Source of the DNA: Candidatus Melainabacteria bacterium 17Bon1m | GTDB lineage: Bacteria; Cyanobacteriota; Vampirovibrionia; Obscuribacterales; Obscuribacteraceae | Reading direction: 5' to 3' | DNA: 64,000 bases | Assembly (NCBI GenBank): GCA_032128875.1 | Contig: JAVLKG010000018.1 | Location: 12,935-76,934, forward strand | Part shown: positions 9,779 through 19,422 of the stretch, one piece after another | How the letters are laid out: every line of letters starts with the position of its first letter | Position numbering within the stretch: position 1 is the first letter of the stretch | Program-made: the position numbers and the translations under genes | The notes under the pieces: model-generated | The model's input: only the letters and a program-made list of their open reading frames with translations | Database searches by the model: none | Told to the model about the DNA's origin: nothing

Positions 9779-12091
9779 ATGGAACTGATCAAAAAGTATC
9801 CGAATACCGCTGCGGCTCTCGGCGGCATCTCGCTGGTCGCCTTCTTCGCTGCAATGTCTGCTTTGCCGCCGACTGGAGTTTTGAAGAACCCGCCCGCGAA
9901 CATTGATCAGCCGACCCCTGCTGAGAGGATTTCTCAGCTCGATAAGCCGAATGTCATCGTCACCAACAACGAGATTATTCTGCCTGACGGGCAGAAGGTT
10001 ACGTGGCGGACGACGACAGGAGAGCATGTTGGCGACTCGCATGCCAACCAGCTGATTGATACCTCGTCGCTGCCCAATTTCTTGGGCTCCGCCGTGTCGG
10101 GATTCGGCTGGCTTGTCTACAACCTGCTGGTTCCTGCCGGCATCGCCACCCTCTTTCTCCGCTGGGTTTTCGGCCAGGGCTTGCCCGGCGCGAATCTTCT
10201 GAGAGGAAATCTGGGCGGCGGCGGCGGATTTCCCGGTGGCGGCATGCCTGGCACTGCCGGTAATACCGCCGGCAAGGAGATGGGTCGCTGGGTGAAACCC
10301 GAGGAGATCAGCATTCCGGGCTTCGACGCCGTGGCCGGCGTCCCGGAAGCGGTCACTCAGATGAAAAAGATGAAGAAGAAGATTCTCCAGCAGGCGCGAA
10401 CTGTCGGGCGCGTCAAGGAGATCGAAGACGAGAAGGCGGTCGCCAATCAGGCTAAGAAGGTGGCGCTGACTGTCGAAGAGCTCATGCTCAAGGCCAAGGA
10501 GCATATGGCGGCCTCGACCTTCGGCGGCATCATCCCGAACTGCGCGCTGCTGATCGGACCGCCCGGCACGGGTAAGACGCTGCTCGTCAGCGCCCTCGCC
10601 AAAGAATGCGGCGTGCCCTTCTTCAGCATCTCCGGTTCCGACTTTGTCGAGATGTTCGTCGGCTTGGGCGCCGATCGCGTTCGTCGCATGTTCGCGGATG
10701 CGCGCTCGAACCGTCCCTGCATTCTCTTCATCGACGAAATTGACGCTGTTGGTGCGGCCCGCGCCAATGGAGTGAATTCCAATCCGGAGAAGGATCAGAC
10801 CCTCAACCAGATGCTCGTCGAGCTTCAGGGCGTCGGTACTGAAACTTCCAACTTCGGCCTCTGGATCATCGCTGCCACCAACCGCGATGACATTCTCGAC
10901 CCGGCGCTCATGCGTCCGGGCCGCTTTACGTGGAAAGTCCGGGTCGATCCGCCGAACACCGAAGGCGCCGTCAAGGTGCTCAAGGTGCACGTGAAGAAGC
11001 GTGGCATGAAGCTCGACGAAAGCGTCGATCTCTTTGCTTTCGCTTCGGTTCTGCCGGGTCTTTCCGGCGCTGATCTAGAGAATGTCGTCAATGAGACGGC
11101 ACTTTTCGCGGATGAAACGCGCGAAGCGGAGATCGAGTCCCTGCTCGCGGGCGGGCATTCGCAGGAAGAAGCCGAACGGCTGGCGACCAAGAAGACTGTG
11201 ACTCAGGAGGACCTTTTCGAAGGACTTCTGCGCCACCTTATGGGTCTGAAGAAGGAGGCGGTTCAGTCCTTCCTCTCCATTCTCAACACCACGGTGCATG
11301 AAGGGGGCCACGCTCTGGCGACTGCTTACGAAAGGCATGTCGGCCGCTCCAAGGATCGTGTCCGCTTTATCGTCGTCGAGCCGCGCGGCAATGCCGGCGG
11401 TGTTTGCTTCAAGACTCCGGACGAGGCGAGCGGCACCAAGAGCATCAGCTCTGTGGATGCCGATGCCGTGTGCGCCTTCGGCGGCTCGGCGGCTCAGATG
11501 GTGGTCTTGAAAGAGAAGGACTCGGGACCGGACAACGACTTTGAAGTCGCGTCCGACATGATTTACCGTGCCATCGCCCGTTGGCACGCCGATGAGAAAA
11601 TCGGTCCGATCTCACTGGGCAAGCGCGGCCAGATGATGGCAACGCAGATGGGAGATCAGGCGCGCAATATGATCGACGAAGCTTGCCGCCTGCGCAGCAA
11701 GCAGCTCTACGCGCGCTCGTGGTGGATCATGAAGCTCTTCGTCAAGTCCGAGCATCTCTGGACGATGTATCGCGAAATTCTCGAGAAGAAGGTGATGCGT
11801 CAGGACCGTTTTGAGGCGCTCTTCGAGCTCATGCTCAAGGACGTCGAAGCGCATCCGGACTGGCAGACCCAGAGCCTCGAAGAATTCATGCGCGCCGGCG
11901 GCGACTTCGCCGAGTGGACTCCTCCGCGCCTGGATGACACTACGGTGGAATTCGTGAACCGCCAGGTCGAGAGCCTGCGCAAGTTCTACGAGTCCCTGCC
12001 CAAGGCTTCCGAGCCTGAGGCTGGCACCGCGGCGCTGCTGGCTGGTGCGAACCAGCAGCCTGCAGCTCGTGTCGAGGCACAGACGGCCTGA
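9779..12091 (+). CDS. ftsH: FtsH-like AAA+ zinc metalloprotease (M41), divergent paralog
   Basis: Two N-terminal TMs, Walker A GPPGTGKT, pore FVG, Walker B FIDEID, SRH ATNR..LDPALMRPGRF, HEGGH and GPDND. Confidence 0.9.
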   Translation: MELIKKYPNTAAALGGISLVAFFAAMSALPPTGVLKNPPANIDQPTPAERISQLDKPNVIVTNNEIILPDGQKVTWRTTTGEHVGDSHANQLIDTSSLPNFLGSAVSGFGWLVYNLLVPAGIATLFLRWVFGQGLPGANLLRGNLGGGGGFPGGGMPGTAGNTAGKEMGRWVKPEEISIPGFDAVAGVPEAVTQMKKMKKKILQQARTVGRVKEIEDEKAVANQAKKVALTVEELMLKAKEHMAASTFGGIIPNCALLIGPPGTGKTLLVSALAKECGVPFFSISGSDFVEMFVGLGADRVRRMFADARSNRPCILFIDEIDAVGAARANGVNSNPEKDQTLNQMLVELQGVGTETSNFGLWIIAATNRDDILDPALMRPGRFTWKVRVDPPNTEGAVKVLKVHVKKRGMKLDESVDLFAFASVLPGLSGADLENVVNETALFADETREAEIESLLAGGHSQEEAERLATKKTVTQEDLFEGLLRHLMGLKKEAVQSFLSILNTTVHEGGHALATAYERHVGRSKDRVRFIVVEPRGNAGGVCFKTPDEASGTKSISSVDADAVCAFGGSAAQMVVLKEKDSGPDNDFEVASDMIYRAIARWHADEKIGPISLGKRGQMMATQMGDQARNMIDEACRLRSKQLYARSWWIMKLFVKSEHLWTMYREILEKKVMRQDRFEALFELMLKDVEAHPDWQTQSLEEFMRAGGDFAEWTPPRLDDTTVEFVNRQVESLRKFYESLPKASEPEAGTAALLAGANQQPAARVEAQTA

Positions 12092-12191
12092 CCGGCACTG
12101 ACAAAGAGGCGGGCGGCTCAGTTCGCCCCCCTCGCTTGAAAAAAAGAATCACGTAGTTTGCGTTTGACATGCTCAATCGATGGAGAATAGC

Positions 12192-12458
12192 ATGATTAGC
12201 AAGAAATCAATCGATGCCGTCGGGAAGCTCAAGACTGGAGCGGTGGTTCGCTTTCAGATCCTCGATTTCAAAACCGAGGTGCCGAACCTTATGGCTGCTG
12301 ATTGCCAGGCGCTTCGGGCGGCCGGGCAGAGGGTCGATTCGCACGGCACGAATATGTCAGCCGAGGTCTGGGTGATCAATACAAATTGGTCGCCGGCCGT
12401 AGAGCGCATTTTGCAGTCCAGCACGCTGAGCTACAAGTTACTCACCCGACCCGTCTAG
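12192..12458 (+). CDS. Hypothetical protein
   Basis: GGAG RBS; co-directional ORF. Confidence 0.6.
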   Translation: MISKKSIDAVGKLKTGAVVRFQILDFKTEVPNLMAADCQALRAAGQRVDSHGTNMSAEVWVINTNWSPAVERILQSSTLSYKLLTRPV

Positions 12459-12468
12459 GAGTTTGCCG

Positions 12469-12726
12469 ATGAGCGCGGATAAGACTGTTGAAATTCTCTG
12501 GCAGTATGGACGCAACCGAATCGTGAATCGAGGCGACTTTCGGATGCTGGGCACTCGCAAAGTCGGAGAATTGCGCCTGGAGGCTCGACACGAAGACTCG
12601 ACCGTCTGGTGTCTGGTCGCAGCATCCGAATTTCTCGGCTTTCCTCGTTGTGGCTATAAAAGCCGCAGCCAGGCGCTCACTCACTTGCGTGACGAAGCGA
12701 CCGCCAGATTGGTTTTGGCTGCGTAG
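12469..12726 (+). CDS. Hypothetical protein
   Basis: AGGAG RBS; tightly follows the previous ORF. Confidence 0.6.
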   Translation: MSADKTVEILWQYGRNRIVNRGDFRMLGTRKVGELRLEARHEDSTVWCLVAASEFLGFPRCGYKSRSQALTHLRDEATARLVLAA

Positions 12727-12818
12727 TCAAAGATCGAGAGTTTGTGCAGCAGAAATGTCCCGGCAGAGCTAGCAGCGATGCCGGGATACCCATCAACTCA
12801 AAATAAAAGGACCAATTG

Positions 12819-13832
12819 ATGTCCTACATTGAAAACTTCCCTCTCCCTGGCGAAGAAGCTTTAATCGCCCAGGTTTTGGACGCCGTGCTCGAGAAGCAGC
12901 GCCGCGAACATCGTCCGGGCGAAGTGGCGCGCCGCAACCAGCACGCCAAGTCTCATGGCGTCGTCAGGGCTCGCTTCCGGGTTCTGAGGCAGATGCCCGG
13001 ATTGCAAGTCGGTCTCTTTGCCGAACCTCGCGTGTATGACGCGCTGGTGAGGTTCTCCAATGGTGGCGGCGGTCCCAATCAGCCAGACGCGCTGCCCAAC
13101 GTCCGTGGCGTCGCCATAAAAGTGTTGGGTGTGCAGGGCAAGAAGCTGCTGCCGGGCGAGGAAGATTCTCTCGAGCACGATTTCCTTCTCGCCAATCATC
13201 CGACCTTCTTCTGTTCTTCCATCGAAGAACTACTTTTCCTGATGAAGGGCGACAAGCGCAAGCTTTTGCTCGAGAATCCGCGGCTGGCGCTGCGGCTCGG
13301 GCAGTCTTTGCTCAAGCCTGTCGCCAATCCGCTCCATCTGGAATACTTTTCGCAAGTGCCGTATCGGCTGGGCGGTTTTGCCTGCAAATACTTCTTGCGC
13401 CCCGCCGAGCATGGTTGTTCCTTTCCGGACCTGGTCGACGGCGACTTTCTTCGTCATGCGCTGGCGGACACGCTTGCGCATAGGCCCTGGCGTTTCATCT
13501 TCGGTGTGGAAATGGCATCGATCGGCTTCATGGGGGCAGCGATCCGTGGCACCACCCAGGGTGCCGATACCCACTTGATCGAAAATCCCTCGATCAAGTG
13601 GAATGGCCCGCAGTTTGCCGTCGCCGAGGTGACCATCTTGCACCGTTCTGAGCCGATCAAGGAGTCGGACGGCGAGGCGCTCTCCTGGAATCCTTGGCGC
13701 GTACTCCCCGAGCATGAGCCTCTCGGCTGGGTCGGGCGCACTCGCAAGGCTGTGTACGGCGCCGATTTCAAATGGCGGACGGAAGAAAACGCCAAGCTTG
13801 CCGGATTCGGCAAGCCGGGCGGTTCCTTCTAA
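12819..13832 (+). CDS. Short catalase-family heme protein
   Basis: RRNQHAKSHG distal His motif, VRFSN, RGVAIK, DFLLAN, proximal RKAVY (RxxxY). Confidence 0.85.
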   Translation: MSYIENFPLPGEEALIAQVLDAVLEKQRREHRPGEVARRNQHAKSHGVVRARFRVLRQMPGLQVGLFAEPRVYDALVRFSNGGGGPNQPDALPNVRGVAIKVLGVQGKKLLPGEEDSLEHDFLLANHPTFFCSSIEELLFLMKGDKRKLLLENPRLALRLGQSLLKPVANPLHLEYFSQVPYRLGGFACKYFLRPAEHGCSFPDLVDGDFLRHALADTLAHRPWRFIFGVEMASIGFMGAAIRGTTQGADTHLIENPSIKWNGPQFAVAEVTILHRSEPIKESDGEALSWNPWRVLPEHEPLGWVGRTRKAVYGADFKWRTEENAKLAGFGKPGGSF

Positions 13833-13918
13833 ATCGGCGCCTAGTCCTGCTTTAGTTCGCTTCTACAAATCAAAGTGGCAAGGCAATCTCGCTGCGCCAT
13901 TTTTACAGGGAAATCGAA

Positions 13919-15883
13919 ATGACAAAACCAGGTATCAACATTGGCTGGATGGATCAATCTGTCGATCCAGGCAAAGACTTCTATCGCTATGCTTGCGGCA
14001 GCTACTTGAGGAACGCCACCATCCCTGCCGGCTATTCGCGTTGGGGTTCGTTCTATGAGTTGCGAGACCGCAGTCTCAATCGCGTGCACGACATATTGAA
14101 GGAGTTGTCCGGGCGCGATGATTTTTCGACGATGTCGGCCGAGGAGCAGAAGCTTGCCTTGATTTTCAAAACCGGCATGAACGAGGCCGCCATCGAAGAG
14201 CAGGAGGAATATCCGCTGTATACGGTCTTCGAGCTGATCGAAACTGTTCGGTCTCCTGACTCCTTGGCTGCGGCGCTTTCCTTGCTTCACCAGATTGGCG
14301 TCGACGCTCTTTTCGGTTTCGGTTCAATGCCTGCTCTGGACGGCAGCGGAGTGCATATCGCCGCCATCGCTCAGGGGGGACTCGGTCTTCCCGACCGCGA
14401 CTTCTATCTGAAAGATGATGCGGCGACACTGCAACGTCTCGAGAACTACGAGCAGCATATCGAGCGCATGTTTGCGCTGGTGCGCGGCTATTCTTCGCTC
14501 GCTCCCAAATATGCCCGGGCTGTTGTTGCATTCGAGAAGAAGCTCGCTCAAATCTCTATGTCCAGAGAAAAGCGGCGCGATCTGAATGCGATCAATAATC
14601 CGACGGCGCGTTCGGCTCTGCTTGCCGCTGGAGGTTTCAACTTCGCTGTCTATCTCGAGACAATGGAGGCGCCGGTCTTCGAGACTTTAAATGTCTTGCA
14701 GCCGGACTATCTGAGCGAACTTGGCAATATTCTTTCTGAGATCTCTTACGAAGACTTGCGTGCTTATCTTATCTGGCACGTGCTTGTCTCGACGGCTCCG
14801 TATCTGTCGAAGGCTTTCGTAGAGGAGAACTTCGCCTTCTATCAGAAGACGCTGAACGGCATAGCCGAGCCGAGCCCTCGCTGGCGCGAAGTTGTTGCTT
14901 TCGCTGAAGGCGCGATGGGCGAGGCGATCGGCAAGCTTTATGTGGCGCGTTATTTCCCACCCGAGGCCAAGGCGCGGGTTCTGGAAATGATCGAGAACGG
15001 CCGCCAGGTTATGCGGCAAGCTTTGCAGGGGGCCGAGTGGCTTTCGCCCGAGAGCCGCGAAAAGTCCTTGCTCAAACTTGATCGTTCGACCTTTAAAATC
15101 GGCTACCCGGACAAGTGGATTGACTTTGAGGATCTGTACCTCATCGGCAGCTACGTGGGCAATCGCTTTCTTGCGTCATACTTCCATTATTGGCGCGATC
15201 TCAAGAAGATCGGGCAACCCTTCGACAAGAGCGAGTGGAATATGACACCGCAGACGGTGAATGCTTACGCCAATCCGCTCCTGCTCGAAGTGGTTTTCCC
15301 TGCTGGTATTCTGCAGCCGCCGCTCTTTGATGCGGATGCCGATGACGCCGCCAATTACGGCGCCATCATGGCGGTTATTTTGCATGAGTTCGGCCACTTC
15401 TTCGATGACCAGGGCGCCAAGTTCGACGCCGACGGTAAGCTCAACATGCAGTGGACTGCCGATGACTATGCGCGCTTCATGGAGCAAATTCAGTTGCTTC
15501 GCAAGCAAGCGTCGCGCTACACCGTCGGTCCGAACCAGGTGCCTCTCAAGGGGGAGCTGGTTTCGGGCGAAGCTGCCGCCGATCTCAACGGCGCTCGACT
15601 TGCCTTGCGCGCTCTCAATATCGCGCTGGAGAAGAACGGGCGTCAGTTCGATGGGAGCGGCTTTACCGACGAGCAGCGATTCTTCATTGCCTTCGCTCAG
15701 GTGTGGTCTGTGATCATTACCCCGGAGGCTCTGGAAAATCAAGCCATGACCGATCCTCACCCGCCCGGTGAGTATCGGTGCAATGGCACCCTGGCGCATA
15801 TGGAAGAATTCGCCGAGGCCTTCGGGCTACCGGATAATGCTCCCATCATGCTGCCCAAAGAAGAGCGCACCCGCATCTGGTAA
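13919..15883 (+). CDS. M13 family metallopeptidase (PepO/neprilysin-like), no signal peptide
   Basis: DFYRYACG, VNAY, HEFGHFFDDQG, GEAAADLNG, DPHPPG. Confidence 0.95.
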   Translation: MTKPGINIGWMDQSVDPGKDFYRYACGSYLRNATIPAGYSRWGSFYELRDRSLNRVHDILKELSGRDDFSTMSAEEQKLALIFKTGMNEAAIEEQEEYPLYTVFELIETVRSPDSLAAALSLLHQIGVDALFGFGSMPALDGSGVHIAAIAQGGLGLPDRDFYLKDDAATLQRLENYEQHIERMFALVRGYSSLAPKYARAVVAFEKKLAQISMSREKRRDLNAINNPTARSALLAAGGFNFAVYLETMEAPVFETLNVLQPDYLSELGNILSEISYEDLRAYLIWHVLVSTAPYLSKAFVEENFAFYQKTLNGIAEPSPRWREVVAFAEGAMGEAIGKLYVARYFPPEAKARVLEMIENGRQVMRQALQGAEWLSPESREKSLLKLDRSTFKIGYPDKWIDFEDLYLIGSYVGNRFLASYFHYWRDLKKIGQPFDKSEWNMTPQTVNAYANPLLLEVVFPAGILQPPLFDADADDAANYGAIMAVILHEFGHFFDDQGAKFDADGKLNMQWTADDYARFMEQIQLLRKQASRYTVGPNQVPLKGELVSGEAAADLNGARLALRALNIALEKNGRQFDGSGFTDEQRFFIAFAQVWSVIITPEALENQAMTDPHPPGEYRCNGTLAHMEEFAEAFGLPDNAPIMLPKEERTRIW

Positions 15884-15999
15884 GGTTCGGGTGCGACTGA
15901 CGCAAAGGCGGTCATGGTACCGCCTGTGATGACAAATGCCCGGGCGGAAATTCGTCCGCCCGGGCTCGAGCATGTTTAAAGCAAACGAAAGAGAACAAC

Positions 16000-17985
16000 A
16001 TGAGTCCGCAACTCAACGACCTCGAGGAAGTGCTCGAGCGTGGTTCCAAATCGCTTTCGCGCAGCTGGAGACTGATGGAGGCTTATTCAATCGCTCTGGT
16101 GTCGGGCTGCTTGGCGGCCTACTTCGAGCAATACCTCCATCCTTATTTCGTGCCGCCTCTGATCGGCGTCGGCATTCTTGCGGCTTTTGCCGCCTGGAAG
16201 CTGCTCGACCTCGACCTGGAAGAAAATCCGGAAATCTATCCCGGACCGGCGGCGGCTTTCTTCGCCGTACAGATGCTCTGGCTGCCGGTTGCGCAGCCGG
16301 TGTTCGGTTTCGCCGGACCGGTTCTCGTCAGCCTGGGTCTGTCCGTTTTCTTGATCCGGCTTGCACGATCGCGGTTGTTCAAGCAGGCAAGCTTCTGGCT
16401 GTATTTGCTGGCTCTGCCGATGTCCGCGTTGCTCACCTATCCGCTCGGCATTGCCTTTTCCTGGGTGTTCACCGATGTGGTCCCCTTCGTGCAGCCATAC
16501 CGGGTGGCGTTGTATATGATATCGCCCCTGATTCTGGTTGCTGTTTTCGCGGTCGTCACCTGCTATTGCGCGTGGCGTATTCGTGAAGACGACGAGCGGC
16601 TCATCTACCGCTTCCTGCCTGCCATGACGGCGGTGCTCTTTGCGGTCGTCTTCCCCATGTACGAAGCGGACGGCACTGGTTGGTGGGCGTATCTCACCTG
16701 GGGCAACGCCGCTGAGTGGCTTTTCGTTGCCTTCGTCTTCTGGCTGGGAATCTCGGAGAACAGTGGGCGACTGGTTCGCTCCACGGTTCCGCTTGCCGTC
16801 GCCTACTGCGGGTCGTTCATCCTCTTCAATGCGGTTGAACCGTTGCAGCAAATGATGATCGCGCAGTCGCTCAATGTTCGCGAACCGGCCAAGTTGCCGC
16901 TGTCGACGGACAAACCTCGCATTATGCCCTTCGGCATCGGTGAGAGCCGTTGTCTCGAGGGCAATGCGGAGTCGGCGACTCATTCCGGTGCCGTCTCCTT
17001 TACCATGGAAGCGAAAGGAATCAACTATCAATGCGCCCTTCACTTCGACGGCTTCGTCGCCGGCGACGGGCTGAAGCGCGGTCTGATTTCGATGATTCCG
17101 GGCGCCACGTACAAAATAATGCGCGTGGAGTCGACCAACACTTCGGGGGCGATTACTCCTGTCGAGTCGATCTTTCCGCTCGGCGAGAACACCCGCGTTT
17201 TGAGGTCTGCTGTTCTGGCTCGTCACCCGGGCGGCGCCCTGGGCGAGTTCACTTACAGCAAGCATGAAGGAAAGACAGGCCTCGTCTACTCGTACACTAC
17301 GGCTCGGCTTTTCTGGTTCACGATGGTGCCGACTCTGGGCGGTGCTGTCGTGGAAAACGACAAGGGTCTGCTTGAAGACTACACGGTGACGCAGGCGGCA
17401 GAACACTTCCCCGGCGCCTTCCAGATGCCGGCCCGGCTGGTTCGCGATCGTGCTCATGCTTGGGCGCATTACCGGCTGCAAGCCTGGTGGCCTTTCCGCC
17501 AGGAAAAGGAGTTGTCTGAGCCGGCCGAAACCCTTGCCGGCTTGTCCGCCGAGAAGCGCAAGCTCTTCGGCAACAACACGGTGCCTTACGCCATTCCGAC
17601 CGTGGCCGGTCCGAAGTACTGGATCCTCCTCGAGCCTTACGGCAAGGAGGGAACGGCTGGTTCGGACGTGCTGCTCTTCGATGCGCGCTATCCTGGTCTT
17701 ATCGAAAGGAAAGACACGACCAGCGGGCGCGTGGTGAAGGGGCTTCGGGACGTCGTCAATCAGGCACCGGCTGTGGTGCCTGGCAATTTCGAGCTGCGCG
17801 GCAGTGAAGTATATCTTCACATCACCGATAAGGACATGTATTTCATCGTTCCGCTCCTGGACGGCAACGCCAAGTTTATTGGCGCCGCTATTCTGCGTTC
17901 GGACGAATACATCGTCTTTGCCGGCGCTGTTCCGACCTCGGCTCAAGTCGTAGAGCACATCCGTGAGTTCGAAAAAACTCACTAA
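16000..17985 (+). CDS. Hypothetical polytopic membrane protein with large soluble C-terminal domain
   Basis: 661 aa; many TMs in the first ~280 aa; codon usage matches neighbours. Confidence 0.8.
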   Translation: MSPQLNDLEEVLERGSKSLSRSWRLMEAYSIALVSGCLAAYFEQYLHPYFVPPLIGVGILAAFAAWKLLDLDLEENPEIYPGPAAAFFAVQMLWLPVAQPVFGFAGPVLVSLGLSVFLIRLARSRLFKQASFWLYLLALPMSALLTYPLGIAFSWVFTDVVPFVQPYRVALYMISPLILVAVFAVVTCYCAWRIREDDERLIYRFLPAMTAVLFAVVFPMYEADGTGWWAYLTWGNAAEWLFVAFVFWLGISENSGRLVRSTVPLAVAYCGSFILFNAVEPLQQMMIAQSLNVREPAKLPLSTDKPRIMPFGIGESRCLEGNAESATHSGAVSFTMEAKGINYQCALHFDGFVAGDGLKRGLISMIPGATYKIMRVESTNTSGAITPVESIFPLGENTRVLRSAVLARHPGGALGEFTYSKHEGKTGLVYSYTTARLFWFTMVPTLGGAVVENDKGLLEDYTVTQAAEHFPGAFQMPARLVRDRAHAWAHYRLQAWWPFRQEKELSEPAETLAGLSAEKRKLFGNNTVPYAIPTVAGPKYWILLEPYGKEGTAGSDVLLFDARYPGLIERKDTTSGRVVKGLRDVVNQAPAVVPGNFELRGSEVYLHITDKDMYFIVPLLDGNAKFIGAAILRSDEYIVFAGAVPTSAQVVEHIREFEKTH

Positions 17986-18083
17986 TCTCTTCGTCCGCCG
18001 GACAGGGGACTCTCTTCGTTCCCTGTCCACGATATTCCGCAAGGAGTATGGCAATGATCTCCACTGAAGCAAAAGGAGAGTTG

Positions 18084-18293
18084 ATGAAAATCGCAATCGC
18101 TATTCTCGTGGTCTTTGCTGTGTTCGCCGCCGTTTTCTGTGCTTATACGCGCGTCCTCGCGCTCATGGAATGCACGGGCGGTGACATCAGCGAGGAGATG
18201 GAAGAACAATTCCTTGTCGAAGACCAAATGGGTGCAAGCGCGCCTGAAGCAGCCGGCGGCAGTATCGCTATCCAGTTAGAAGTCAAAGCCTGA
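18084..18293 (+). CDS. Small single-TM protein
   Basis: AAGGAG RBS; hydrophobic N-terminus, acidic tail. Confidence 0.6.
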   Translation: MKIAIAILVVFAVFAAVFCAYTRVLALMECTGGDISEEMEEQFLVEDQMGASAPEAAGGSIAIQLEVKA

Positions 18294-18334
18294 CCAGTCG
18301 AGGGCGGCGGCCAATAGAGTAAAGGAGCAGAAAA

Positions 18335-18532
18335 ATGATCGTCTGTTCTTGCAATGTTTTGTCGGACCAGGACATACTCGACGCCGTCGCCCGTGGTATC
18401 ACATGGAAGCAGTTGGTCCGCAAGACCAAATTGTCTTCTACCTGCGGTCGATGCGCCGTGCATGCCCGGTCTATTTACGAGCGTGCGAAAGCCGGGACTT
18501 ACCTGCCTCTCGTGCCTAAAAAGGAGAAGTAG
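18335..18532 (+). CDS. bfd: Bacterioferritin-associated ferredoxin-like [2Fe-2S] protein
   Basis: MIVCSCN...CGRC (CxC...CxxC) pattern, 65 aa, AAGGAG RBS. Confidence 0.88.
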   Translation: MIVCSCNVLSDQDILDAVARGITWKQLVRKTKLSSTCGRCAVHARSIYERAKAGTYLPLVPKKEK

Positions 18533-18814
18533 ATGATTACGAAAGAGCTTGTTTTCGCCAAAGGCGGGGCAACCACGCCGGCGCAGAGCTTGACTCTCGA
18601 GGCGGCTCGAGCCTTGCTTTCCGTCTGCTTGAGATTCGATTCTTACGTATTCATCAAGCCCGGCGAGATAACAGTCGAGAATCACACACTCGGCTGTTAC
18701 ACCGACTTTCGCGGCGAGCCCGCCGAAATTGCTCAGCTTGCTCTGGGCATGGAAGAACGGCTGCCTCCGGAAAATGCTCATTCGAATTGGCTCGATCGTC
18801 TGCGCAAGGAATAG
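18533..18814 (+). CDS. Hypothetical protein
   Basis: AAGGAG RBS; abuts the bfd stop codon. Confidence 0.65.
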   Translation: MITKELVFAKGGATTPAQSLTLEAARALLSVCLRFDSYVFIKPGEITVENHTLGCYTDFRGEPAEIAQLALGMEERLPPENAHSNWLDRLRKE

Positions 18815-18843
18815 TGAAGCGCATTCTTTGAAGGAGAAAAACT

Positions 18844-19356
18844 ATGAAGAGTGCCAATTTAGACTTGCTCATGAACGGCTTCACGATCAGGTCGATGGTG
18901 CCGGACGACATCATCGAGGTGAAAGCTCTGGTCGCCACCACGCCCGGGCTCGCCCTCTGGGACTGGGAGACGGATGAAAATCTGGCTCGCAGCCTCCGGC
19001 GCAATCCCGGGCTCGCGCAGGTTGCCCTGGATTGGAAGACTCGCAAGGGGCGGCCGGAAATCGTTGGCGCGGTTCTGATCGCAGAGGGGCCTATGTCCAT
19101 GGTCCACCACTTGGCGGTCAAGCCGGAAGTTCGAGGACACGGGCTCGGAACTCACATTGTCCGAGCTGGGCTGAAACGCCTCTTCCAAGTGGAAGATGCC
19201 GCGCGCAGGGTTTACATAACAACTCTCAGGGACAATCTTGGCGCTCAGCTCTTCTGGTCGAAATTCGGAGCTGAGAAGCAGGCGCACGGTGATCTCTGTC
19301 TTTTCACCCTCAACCTGAATGACGCGGAGCACCGCATCTGGTTGCAGGACCACTGA
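18844..19356 (+). CDS. GNAT-family N-acetyltransferase
   Basis: HLAVKPEVRGHGLG acetyl-CoA motif A; N..AQLFWSKFG motif B. Confidence 0.9.
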   Translation: MKSANLDLLMNGFTIRSMVPDDIIEVKALVATTPGLALWDWETDENLARSLRRNPGLAQVALDWKTRKGRPEIVGAVLIAEGPMSMVHHLAVKPEVRGHGLGTHIVRAGLKRLFQVEDAARRVYITTLRDNLGAQLFWSKFGAEKQAHGDLCLFTLNLNDAEHRIWLQDH

Positions 19357-19422
19357 GGCGACCTCATGAAAAAACGGTGGCGAGAAATTTCTTGCCACCC
19401 CAAACATTTGAAAGGACTCGAC

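Noticed and set aside
9464-10990. 508 aa minus-strand ORF
   Set aside because: Antisense shadow of ftsH caused by GC3 codon bias; no motifs.
16087-18096. 669 aa minus-strand ORF
   Set aside because: Mirror frame of the plus-strand membrane protein; Arg-rich nonsense composition. The same applies to 22625-23809, 25013-25939, 39471-40358 and 53694-54644.
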